Positions 18,836 to 27,001 of a stretch of 64,000 nt of DNA are shown here, one piece after another. The stretch spans positions 64,001 to 128,000 of the forward strand of contig OY969695.1 of the NCBI GenBank assembly GCA_963701965.1, written 5' to 3'. Each line of letters starts with the position of its first letter. Positions within the stretch are counted from its first letter, which is position 1. The notes beneath the pieces are model-generated. The model saw nothing but the letters and a program-made list of their open reading frames with translations, was not told the origin of the DNA and searched no databases. Source of the DNA: an uncultured Gemmatimonadales bacterium. Its GTDB lineage: Bacteria; Gemmatimonadota; Gemmatimonadetes; Gemmatimonadales; Gemmatimonadaceae. Both the position numbers and the translations under genes were made by a program.

Positions 18836-19023
18836 CCTTCTCGTGCTCGGACTCGGCACCCGCTGGGCAGCGCTCGCCTTGCTCGGCATGACCCTGGTCA
18901 TCGAGGTCTTCGTCTATCCCGACGCCTGGCCGACGCATCTGTCGTGGGCGGCGCCGCTGTTGCTGCTGGCGGCGCGCGGCGCAGGGAACCTGGTCGCTCG
19001 ATCGGGTCCTCAGGCTGCGCTGA
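18828..19023 (+). pseudogene. DoxX family C-terminal fragment
   Basis: [41 protein letters not shown]...GAG/WSLDRVL with a frameshift. Confidence 0.75.
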
Positions 19024-19086
19024 AGGGCAAGGGGTTTCCCGGGTCGTACGGTGAGTGGAGCGATGGGGACCTCTTGTCTCCTATAG

Positions 19087-19114
19087 ATTTGTACAAATGT
19101 GTTGCAACGCAACA
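19087..19114. promoter_or_regulatory. Two adjacent palindromic operator candidates
   Basis: ATTTGTACAAAT (19087-19098) and TGTTGCAACGCAACA (19100-19114) upstream of the ABC operon. Confidence 0.5.
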
Positions 19115-19210
19115 ATGCGGGTCGCGCACGCTTCTTGCCAAAGGCGGTCCAGGACGTCGTCGGCGTCCGCAGATCGCGCTGCTGCGCAGCCAAGGCAAGG
19201 AGACGACATC

Positions 19211-20464
19211 ATGGTCAACGGTATGCCCCTCAGGGCGAAGTCGACAACCGCAGCGCTGATCATCTGCGGGGCCGTGGGCGGCGCAGCCGTCGGCCCGGCG
19301 CAGGCAGCCGATCCCCTGCGCATCGCCGTCATCTCCGAAGCGCAGGCGGTCGCCGGTTCGTCAATCGGGCCGGCGGCCCAGCTTGCCGCCGAAGAGATCA
19401 ATGCCAAAGGCGGCGTCGACGGGCGCAAGATCGAGATCGTCGTCTACGACGACCATTCGTCGTCGGCAGAGGCGGTGCGCGCCTTCCAGCGCGCCGTGAG
19501 CGAAGACAAGGCCAACGCCGTCATCGCCAGCTACATCTCGGAGGTCGTGCTCGCGCTGGAGCCGTGGGCGGCGCGCCTGAAGACCGTGATGATCACGCCC
19601 GGCGCCGCTTCCGACGTGATCACCCAAAACATCGCCAAAGATTACGAGCACAACAAGTACACCTTCCATGGCTACCTCACCTCGAGCGCGCTCGCCGGAC
19701 TGGTGTGCGATGCCGCCAAGGATCTGCTGGTGACGCCGTACAAAATGAAGACCGCGGTGATCGTCAGCGAGGACGCTGCATGGACGACGCCCCTCGATGC
19801 GGGCTACGAAAGCTGCCTGCCCAAGGTGGGCCTGAAGGTGCTCGACCATGTCCGGTTTTCCCCGGACACGACCGACTTCACGCCGATCTTCAACAAGATC
19901 GAGGGCCAGAAGCCGGACGTGATGATCACCGGCATCTCGCACGTCGGCACGCAGCCGACGGTGCAGTGGGCGAGCCAGCAGGTGCCGATCCCGATGTTCG
20001 GCATTTCGTCGCAGGCGACCAACTCGACGTTCTGGAAGGACACCAACGGCGCGACCGAGGGGGTGCTCTTCAATGCCGTGTCCGGGCCGGGCGTGGCGGT
20101 CACGCCCAAGACGCTGCCGTTCGTCGCCGCTTTCCAGAAGAAGTACGGCAACGTCCCAGCCTATTCCGGCTACACGGCGTACGACGAGGTCTACATGATC
20201 GCCGACGCCTTTCATCGCGCCAAGTCGGTCGACAGCGACAAGCTGGTCGAGGCAATGGAGCAGACCGATTACGTCGGCACGATCGGCCGGGTCGCGTTCC
20301 TGCCCAAGGGCGATCCGCACGTCCATGGCCTGCGCACCGGCAGCGGCTACATCACCGGCCTGATGCTGCAATGGCAAGACGGCAAGCAGCTCAACCTGTG
20401 GCCGAGCAACCTCGCCGACGGGAAGCTGCGCTTCCCGGCCTTCGTCAAGGTCGCGTCGCACTGA
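19211..20464 (+). CDS. Branched-chain amino acid-type ABC transporter substrate-binding protein
   Basis: Signal peptide; [23 protein letters not shown]. Confidence 0.92.
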   Translation: MVNGMPLRAKSTTAALIICGAVGGAAVGPAQAADPLRIAVISEAQAVAGSSIGPAAQLAAEEINAKGGVDGRKIEIVVYDDHSSSAEAVRAFQRAVSEDKANAVIASYISEVVLALEPWAARLKTVMITPGAASDVITQNIAKDYEHNKYTFHGYLTSSALAGLVCDAAKDLLVTPYKMKTAVIVSEDAAWTTPLDAGYESCLPKVGLKVLDHVRFSPDTTDFTPIFNKIEGQKPDVMITGISHVGTQPTVQWASQQVPIPMFGISSQATNSTFWKDTNGATEGVLFNAVSGPGVAVTPKTLPFVAAFQKKYGNVPAYSGYTAYDEVYMIADAFHRAKSVDSDKLVEAMEQTDYVGTIGRVAFLPKGDPHVHGLRTGSGYITGLMLQWQDGKQLNLWPSNLADGKLRFPAFVKVASH

Positions 20465-20541
20465 GTTTCGCAGCAAGGGTCGGCGTCGCCGGCCCGCTCT
20501 TCATCACCACCGCCCGAGAGGGATCGGCGGCAGGCTAACGC

Positions 20542-21417
20542 ATGGTCTTCTGGCAGATCCTCATCGACGGTTTCGCCATCAGCGCCCTGTATGCCCTGGG
20601 CGCCACCGGCTTCACGCTCATCTTCGGTGTCTCCGGCGTGCTGAACCTTTCGCACGGCGCCATCATGGTCGGTGCCGCCGTAGCCGCCTGGGCCGCGGCG
20701 GGACTGCTCCACGTCGGCCCCTACGCGGCGGCGGTGATCGGCATCGGCGTCGGCGTGCTGCTGGCCTTCGCTACCTACTTCATCGCCGTGCGGCCGATCC
20801 AGCGGTCGCGGCGGATCGCCGAGTCGGAGCGTGAGATCTTCATCCTGACGGCGACCCTGCTGTGGGGGATCATCATCCAGGAGTTGGTCGCCTGGCTCTT
20901 CACCAACAACGCCAAGACCGTGCTGCCGATCGTCGAGGGCGTCGTCACGGTGCTGGGCGTGCGCACTCCGAGCAACGAGTTCTTCACCGCTGCGATCTGC
21001 TGGATCGTGATCGGACTGCTCTGGCTGCTCGTCAATCGCACCCGTCGCGGCAAGGCGGTCCTGGCGGCGTCGATGAATCCGCGCGGCGTGACGCTGCTCG
21101 GCTACGAGCTTTCCAACATCTACCTCACGGTCTGGGCGGTGTACGGGCTGCTCGCCGGTGTTGCCGGCATCCTGCTCGGCATGTTCCTGGGCGTCAGCTC
21201 ATACAGCGTCGGGCCGCTGACCGCCAGCGCGTTCTCGATCGTCGTCCTTGGCGGCCTGGGCAGCGTGTCCGGATCGTTGATTGCCGCCTACGTTGTCGGC
21301 TACCTCGAAACGATCACTGCCTACACGATCTCGCCGGCGTACCGCACCGTGCCGGCGTTGCTGTTGTTGGTGCTGGTCATGTACGTCCGGCCGCAAGGCC
21401 TGTTCGGCAGGCGATGA
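20542..21417 (+). CDS. LivH-like ABC permease
   Basis: GFTLIFGVSGVLNLSHG, VVLGGLGS. Confidence 0.93.
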   Translation: MVFWQILIDGFAISALYALGATGFTLIFGVSGVLNLSHGAIMVGAAVAAWAAAGLLHVGPYAAAVIGIGVGVLLAFATYFIAVRPIQRSRRIAESEREIFILTATLLWGIIIQELVAWLFTNNAKTVLPIVEGVVTVLGVRTPSNEFFTAAICWIVIGLLWLLVNRTRRGKAVLAASMNPRGVTLLGYELSNIYLTVWAVYGLLAGVAGILLGMFLGVSSYSVGPLTASAFSIVVLGGLGSVSGSLIAAYVVGYLETITAYTISPAYRTVPALLLLVLVMYVRPQGLFGRR

Positions 21418-22349
21418 ACACGCGGACCGCCTTCTCCTCGCGCCTGGTCTGGATCGGCCTGGCGACCCTCGTCGCCGGATTGGCGCTGCCGCTATTCGCC
21501 TCCGGATACGTGTTGGGGCTGCTGACGGTGGCGTGCTACACGGCGGTGTTCGCGATGTCCTGGGACCTCCTGTTCGGCTTCGCCGGCGAAGTCAACTTCG
21601 GGCCGACGTTCCTCATCGGCCTCGGTGCCTATACCGCCGGCATCCTCGACGCCCGGCTCTCTCCGGCGATCCCGATCTGGCTCTGCGTGGCCGCGGGCGC
21701 CGCCGCAGCCGTGATCGGCGGCGTCGTTCTCGCCCTGCCGGCGTTGCGACTGCGCGGGCCTTACTTCGGCCTGACGACGCTGGTGGCGGTGCTGCTGCTG
21801 CAGAACTTCGTCGTCGTCTTCGCCGAGCTGACCGGCGGTGAGATCGGCCTGGCCGTGCCCGACGTGATCTCGGTCGACGCACACGTCAACTACTGGATCG
21901 CCTTCGCCTTCATGGCCATCAGCGGCGCCATTCTGTTCGGACTGTCGCGCTCGGCAATCGGCCTCATCCTGCAGGCAAGCGGCCAGGATTCGGTGCAGGC
22001 GAGCGCGCTCGGCTTCAACGTCGCCAAGCACAAGCTGGCGGCGTTCATCGTCAGTGCCTTCTTCTCCGGCCTGGCCGGTGCGTTGATGGTGTTCTACATG
22101 GGGACGGCGTCGGTCGGCACCTTCGTCGACATCTCGGTCGGCGTGCAGGTCATCATCGCCGCGGTGCTGGGCGGCCGGCGCACGGTCGTGGGCGCTGCCA
22201 TCGGGGCCGTGTTCCTGATCGGTATGGGCGAGCTGCTGCGTCCGCTCGGCGAACTGGCCACGCTGGTCGTCTCGGTCCTGGCGCTGATCGTGATCCTGCT
22301 TTTTCCGGACGGCTTTCTCGGCATGCTGCGCGGCCGTTCCCGGGCATGA
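21414..22349 (+). CDS. LivM-like ABC permease
   Basis: WDLLFGFAGEVNFG, LRLRGPYFGLTTL, LTGGEIG. Confidence 0.92.
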   Translation: MNTRTAFSSRLVWIGLATLVAGLALPLFASGYVLGLLTVACYTAVFAMSWDLLFGFAGEVNFGPTFLIGLGAYTAGILDARLSPAIPIWLCVAAGAAAAVIGGVVLALPALRLRGPYFGLTTLVAVLLLQNFVVVFAELTGGEIGLAVPDVISVDAHVNYWIAFAFMAISGAILFGLSRSAIGLILQASGQDSVQASALGFNVAKHKLAAFIVSAFFSGLAGALMVFYMGTASVGTFVDISVGVQVIIAAVLGGRRTVVGAAIGAVFLIGMGELLRPLGELATLVVSVLALIVILLFPDGFLGMLRGRSRA

Positions 22350-23815
22350 GCCAGCCTGCGATTCTCGAGGTCTCGGGTCTGACCAAGCGCTACGGTGGCC
22401 TGGTCGCAGTCAAGGACCTGAGCCTGTCGATCCGACCCGGCGAGATCCTCGGTCTGATCGGCCCGAACGGTTCGGGCAAGTCGACGGCGATGAAGACGAT
22501 CCTCGGCATCGAGCCGCCCAGCGCCGGCTCCGTCCGATTCGATGGCGTAGAGATCGCCGGACTGCCGGCGCACAAGATCGCCCGCCTGGGTGTGGGCCTG
22601 GTTTTTCAGCACTCGCGTCCGTTGCAGCGACAGACGGTGCTCGAAAACATCAAGGTTGCCCTGCTGCCTGATCGTCTCTCGCAACTGGTTGCCGGAGCGG
22701 AGGTGGATGCCAAGGCGCGAGCGATCGCCGAGCGCGTCGGTCTCGGGACGGTGCTCGAGCGCAGGCCGCCCACCCTGGCGTTCGCCGACCTGCGCCGGCT
22801 CGAGTTGGCGAAGGCGATCGCGCGCAGCCCGAAGCTGGTGATGGTCGACGAGCCGTTCGCGGGGCTGACCGCGTCCGAGGTCGCAGCGTTCTCCGATCTG
22901 ATCCGCGAGTTTCGTGCCGAAGGACGCGCCGTCCTCCTCGTCGACCACAACGTCAAGGGCGTGTCAGCCCTGGTTGACCGAGTGCTTGCCATGTACCTCG
23001 GCGAGCGCATCGCCGAAGGCGCTGCCGCCGAGGTCATGCGCGATGAGACGGTGCGCCGCGTCTACCTCGGCGGAGCGCTCGTCAGCGCAGCGCGGCCGCA
23101 CGCCAGCTTCGCCGGCAAGGTGCCCGCGCTCCGTCTCGAGGCGGTCGGAGTCCACTACGGAAAGGCAATCGCCCTGCACGATGTCTCTCTGCATGTGCAC
23201 GAGGGCGAATTCGTCTCGGTGGTCGGGCTCAACGGCGCGGGCAAGTCGACGCTCTTCAACGCGGTGTCCGGCCTGGTGCCGCACTCTGGAGCGATCCGCT
23301 GGCGCGACGAGGACCTGCGTGGCGCCAGTGCGGCCGCTATTGCTCGCCGCGGCATCGTCCAGTGCCCGGAAACGCGCGAGCTGTTCGGCGACATGAGCGT
23401 GCGAGAGAACCTCGACCTCGGCGGCAATACGCTCGACACCGAAGAGCGCCGCTCTCGCTTGCAATGGCTGTTCGAGCTTTTTCCGATCCTCGAGAGCCGG
23501 CAAGGGCAGATCGCGCGCACGCTGAGCGGCGGCGAGCAGCAGATGCTGGCCATCGCCCGAGCGCTGATGATGAAGCCACACCTGCTGATCCTCGACGAGC
23601 CGACGCTCGGGCTTGCGCCGGTGATCCTCGAGACCTTGTCGAAGGCCTTGGAGCGGCTGCGCGCGACCACGTCCATCAGTGTGCTGCTAGGCGAGCAGAA
23701 CGTCACCTTCGCGCTGCCTCATGCCGACCGCGTCTACGTGCTCGACCACGCACGCATCGCATGGGAAGGGCCGCCCGGTCGCTTCGGTGAAGAGGCTGCC
23801 GAAACCTACCTCTAG
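22346..23815 (+). CDS. Fused LivG-LivF double ABC ATPase
   Basis: Two Walker A motifs (GPNGSGKS, GLNGAGKS), two Walker B (MVDEP, ILDEP), LSGGEQQ in the second half. Confidence 0.92.
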   Translation: MSQPAILEVSGLTKRYGGLVAVKDLSLSIRPGEILGLIGPNGSGKSTAMKTILGIEPPSAGSVRFDGVEIAGLPAHKIARLGVGLVFQHSRPLQRQTVLENIKVALLPDRLSQLVAGAEVDAKARAIAERVGLGTVLERRPPTLAFADLRRLELAKAIARSPKLVMVDEPFAGLTASEVAAFSDLIREFRAEGRAVLLVDHNVKGVSALVDRVLAMYLGERIAEGAAAEVMRDETVRRVYLGGALVSAARPHASFAGKVPALRLEAVGVHYGKAIALHDVSLHVHEGEFVSVVGLNGAGKSTLFNAVSGLVPHSGAIRWRDEDLRGASAAAIARRGIVQCPETRELFGDMSVRENLDLGGNTLDTEERRSRLQWLFELFPILESRQGQIARTLSGGEQQMLAIARALMMKPHLLILDEPTLGLAPVILETLSKALERLRATTSISVLLGEQNVTFALPHADRVYVLDHARIAWEGPPGRFGEEAAETYL

Positions 23816-24162
23816 CGCGAAGCTTGCTCAAGCGGCGCCGACTGGCCAGAGAGGCGCGTAAACGTTCGCTCGCTGCGGCACATTCCAGGCTTCTCTGCGT
23901 GCGAAGGGTTGTAGGGCAACTGCCGTCGCTGAGGTTGCTGTTGGGGATCTCAGATCCTGCCAACAGGCTCAAAGATCGTGCCAATGCGGCTTTTGCAAGG
24001 GTGATCGGCGTCAAGCCGACCGAGCTCGCGCCGCTCGAGCCCTTGTCGGCCAACCTTCTTGAGCAGACCAACCATGTTGTGCGACTCGCGCACAAGCCAA
24101 CCTCTAAGCGTGGCGAAGGGCAGTCGATGAATCTGGCAGGCAGGCTCAGCCAGGTCTCCTGC

Positions 24163-24491
24163 TGTTGAGTTCAGCAAACCGCGCTAATGGCGTCCACGAA
24201 CCCTGCTAGCGTACGTCATCGAGCGTGTTTACCGCTTCGCCTTCGACGTCATGTCCCATGCCGATGTCTTGCGTACGGGGGAAACAGCGCCGGCGGCGCT
24301 AGCACGGTGTACGGAAAGCTCGTTTGGCAGTAGCGCGGTTCGATGAAATGGAGACTGTCCTCAATGGCGAGAAGGCAACTGGACCGCAACACCCCCCAAG
24401 CGGCCCTAAACGCTGTGAAATCAACAGCTTGCTGGCACTCCGGCTAGCAAGGTTCGTTGAAAACGGCTAGCGACGTTCGCTGAACTCAACA
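24163..24491. mobile_element. 329-bp non-autonomous element with TGT...ACA ends and repeated transposase-binding-like sites
   Basis: Perfect 13-bp terminal inverted repeat TGTTGAGTTCAGC, extended imperfectly to about 48 bp with two AAC-N3-GCTA repeats per end. Confidence 0.75.
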
Positions 24492-24566
24492 CGAGCCCTA
24501 AGCGCGGACACCAGCAGCCGTTCGCGGTGGCCGCCCGCCCAAGGCGAAGCGGCCGCGCTCACTGGC

Positions 24567-25211
24567 CTACCGCTGAGCCGCCCGAATCTGGATCAGCGCG
24601 GTGACATGCAGCATCAGCAGGATCGGCACCCCAAAGGCAGGGATCAGGACCACCGGCAAGCGGGCCAGGAGATCTGCTTGCGTCCCTCCAGAAAGCGCCG
24701 GCACGATGCCGCCTGCCAAGGCTCCGGTGACCAGAGCCACGACCAGGTCCAGCATCCCGAACCGGTTCCACCACAGAAACGCTTTGCTGGTCACGAATCC
24801 AGGGCGGTCGATGAGACGGATCACCATCCAGGGCGCCGCCAACGCGACCGTCATGTCCCCAAGTCCAGCCGGCAAGGCGAAAGCTCCTGGCACCAGCCCC
24901 TGCGCGAGCAGGGCGATGAAGGTAAAGCCGATGAAGCGCCAGGCATGGATCGCGGTCACCACGCGCAAGTCGAGGGAGGCGAGGTAGCTGCGCAGCGGCG
25001 GCCACGTCTGCAGCGCGACGAAGAAGGCGATCATCGGTCCCGCAAAGGCAATCAGCATCGACAGCGGGGGTTGGCCTGGCGGCGCGACGAAGCTGCCCCG
25101 CGCTCCGAGCGCCACGATCACTGCCAGCCACGCGAGCAGCGTCAGCCAGACCGCTGTGGGCCGTATGGCGTAGTCCCGAGGACCGGGGATGGAGGTGGAC
25201 AGAGTTGACAT
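24567..25211 (-). CDS. Conserved multi-pass membrane protein
   Basis: HAWRFIG, FALPAGLGD, WNRFGMLD, LIPAFGVP; AGGAG RBS; divergent from the HxlR gene. Confidence 0.8.
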   Translation of the reverse strand: MSTLSTSIPGPRDYAIRPTAVWLTLLAWLAVIVALGARGSFVAPPGQPPLSMLIAFAGPMIAFFVALQTWPPLRSYLASLDLRVVTAIHAWRFIGFTFIALLAQGLVPGAFALPAGLGDMTVALAAPWMVIRLIDRPGFVTSKAFLWWNRFGMLDLVVALVTGALAGGIVPALSGGTQADLLARLPVVLIPAFGVPILLMLHVTALIQIRAAQR

Positions 25212-25230
25212 GGCAGGCTCCTGAATGTGG

Positions 25231-25282
25231 CTTGCGAATCGCAAGTAACCCACGGTACCGCATATACTTGTGATTCGCAAGT
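25231..25282. promoter_or_regulatory. Twin palindromic operators, probably for the HxlR regulator
   Basis: CTTGCGAATCGCAAG (25231-25245) and ACTTGTGATTCGCAAGT (25266-25282). Confidence 0.7.
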
Positions 25283-25317
25283 CACAAACGGGGATCTCTT
25301 TGGTAAAGAACGTCGCA

Positions 25318-25650
25318 ATGACCGAGCGAAGGTCCGACTGCGCCATCGCCTGCTCGCTCGACATCGTGGGCGACAAGTGGACGCTGCTCGTGGTGCGCGA
25401 TCTGATGCACGGAAGGTCGACGTTCGGAGAACTTCTCGAGTCACCCGAACGCATCCAGACCAGCATCCTGGCCGACAGGCTCAAGCGGCTGCAGGAGGCG
25501 GGACTCGTTTCTGGGACGCCCTACCAGGAACGGCCGGTCCGCTACGCTTATTCGCTCACCCCGCAGGGGATGGCCCTCGGCGAGGTGCTGCGGGCGCTCC
25601 TCCAGTGGGGCAAGCAAAACTTCCCGGGGACGAAGGCGTTGAAGCGCTAG
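25318..25650 (+). CDS. HxlR family winged-helix regulator
   Basis: RSDCAIACSLDIVGDKWTLLVVRDL...ILADRLKRL...YSLTPQG. Confidence 0.93.
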   Translation: MTERRSDCAIACSLDIVGDKWTLLVVRDLMHGRSTFGELLESPERIQTSILADRLKRLQEAGLVSGTPYQERPVRYAYSLTPQGMALGEVLRALLQWGKQNFPGTKALKR

Positions 25651-25757
25651 GCATCGCCCGGTAGTCCGGACGTAAGCGTCCCAAGGCCATTGGCCGTTGG
25701 CGCGCCTCGTCCGCAACGTGATCCGGCAGACCCGGAAGCCTTCGTCGGCCTCGAAGG

Positions 25758-25955
25758 TCAGAAAAGCTTGCGCCCGATCTCCTGCCTGAGCGTCTCGTTG
25801 CGGCTCAGCTCTTCCATCTTGACCATCGCCTGTTCGGCCCACTCCTCGAACGTTTGCGGGTCCGTCGACGTTTTGCGTGCGGTGGCATCGGTCGACGACG
25901 GCTCCGCCGGCTCCGGCCAGTTCGGCGTCGGGGCGCCGCGGGACTTACGGATCAT
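25758..25955 (-). CDS. Hypothetical protein
   Basis: GGAGG RBS and ATG; protein-like C-terminus. Confidence 0.4.
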   Translation of the reverse strand: MIRKSRGAPTPNWPEPAEPSSTDATARKTSTDPQTFEEWAEQAMVKMEELSRNETLRQEIGRKLF

Positions 25956-26050
25956 TGCCTCCGATTCGAATACAGGACTATTGTCGGAGCGACCCGTGCG
26001 AAGCTGGAGGGCACGGAGGACATGATCGATGAGAGTTCGGGGCAGGGGAC

Positions 26051-26575
26051 TTGGCCAGCACCGCTTTAACGATTCCCGCCGAGATCTGGCGCTGGACCCG
26101 GCACGTCAACGAGCTCGTCGGAGCCACGGGAGCAAAGACTCGTGGCCGCCCGTTCGCCCAACCACTCGTCCAGCTCGGCACCCTTGAGCTTAGCTTGGTC
26201 TTCAGCGGCGCAACGGCCGAAAGCGTCCTCAAGCGCGGAGTTTGTTCCGCTGTCGTTGCCGAACTCGCTTTGGAGGGCGCGATCTCCGTCGAACACGTTG
26301 CCGAGTACATCGGGCTGTCGCCGCGCGCCCTGACGCGTCGCGTCGCAAGAGGCGCAACGCTGCCGCCCATGGCGGCAGAAAAAGCCATGTTGCTGATCGA
26401 ATTGATGGCCCTGGCGCTGGACGTGTTCCGGACGATTGAGCACGCCTTTGGATGGCTCACTGCGCGTCACCCGATGCTCGATGGAAAGACGCCGCTGCAG
26501 TACGCGCGTACGCCCTGGGGTCTGGATCGAGTCAGGGCGCTTCTGGGCAGTCTGAAGTGGGGCTTTGCCGCGTAG
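26051..26575 (+). CDS. Xre/MbcA/ParS-type antitoxin-like protein (start uncertain)
   Basis: HTH-like YIGLSPRALTRR; C-terminal ALDVFR...AFGWL...HPMLDGKTPL...GLDRVRALLGSLKWG. Confidence 0.8.
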   Translation: MASTALTIPAEIWRWTRHVNELVGATGAKTRGRPFAQPLVQLGTLELSLVFSGATAESVLKRGVCSAVVAELALEGAISVEHVAEYIGLSPRALTRRVARGATLPPMAAEKAMLLIELMALALDVFRTIEHAFGWLTARHPMLDGKTPLQYARTPWGLDRVRALLGSLKWGFAA

Positions 26576-26792
26576 GGTGTTATGCCTCAGCCGTCCCGCG
26601 GCGTCTCGGGTGAGCTGCGACCAATCTGCACGGCGGCACCCCGGGGCGGTCGCTACCGCATCGCACGTGCGTTAGGGCAGCGCGGTTGAGATCTAGCGCG
26701 ACCTCGTGGAGCGCGCCGAAGGTACAGCTGAGGCTGTGCGTTGCGAGTTTCTGCGGTCCAGATACGAATCGTGCGAAGGTCGAAAACTCAGA

Positions 26793-26830
26793 TGGGCCGC
26801 ATGGGCCGCATTTGCGGCCCATGCGGCCCA
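26793..26830. repeat. Perfect 18-bp inverted repeat built from tandem 9-mers
   Basis: TGGGCCGCA TGGGCCGCA TT TGCGGCCCA TGCGGCCCA. Confidence 0.85.
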
Positions 26831-26862
26831 AAAGGGAAGGGCCCGCTCACCGGCGGGCCCTT
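26831..26862 (-). terminator. Hairpin downstream of tRNA-Thr, probable terminator
   Basis: AAGGGCCCGC-N6-GCGGGCCCTT followed by CCCTTTT on the minus strand. Confidence 0.55.
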
Positions 26863-26870
26863 GATTTCGT

Positions 26871-26946
26871 TGGTGCCGGCGAGAAGAGTCGAACTCCCGA
26901 CCTTCGCATTACGAATGCGCTGCTCTACCAACTGAGCTACGCCGGC
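26871..26946 (-). tRNA. tRNA-Thr(CGT)
   Basis: GCCGGCGTAGCTCAGTTGGTAGAGCAGCGCATTCGTAATGCGAAGGTCGGGAGTTCGACTCTTCTCGCCGGCACCA; 76 nt, anticodon CGT, encoded CCA. Confidence 0.97.
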
Positions 26947-27001
26947 GTCGCGGTGGCAGCGGAGAGCCGCCGCGCGAGGGGCGCATTCTAGCGGAGCCGC
27001 C

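Larger units (their letters stand above)
1..26870. mobile_element. Decayed genomic island / accessory region anchored at tRNA-Thr(CGT); left end lies outside the window
   Basis: Abuts the tRNA 3' end, contains a second copy of the tRNA 3' half, IS110 and transposon-end remnants and many gene fragments; looks less GC-rich than the region beyond 27000 (visual impression); no integrase gene seen in the window. Confidence 0.65.

Noticed and set aside
8210..19023. DoxX N- and C-terminal fragments as one gene split by a 10-kb insertion
   Set aside because: The fragments look like different DoxX subfamilies, the middle is missing, and no target duplication was seen
14879..24525. Two loosely similar short motifs near 14879-14901 and 24504-24525 as cassette-boundary repeats
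   Set aside because: Similarity too weak and only two copies
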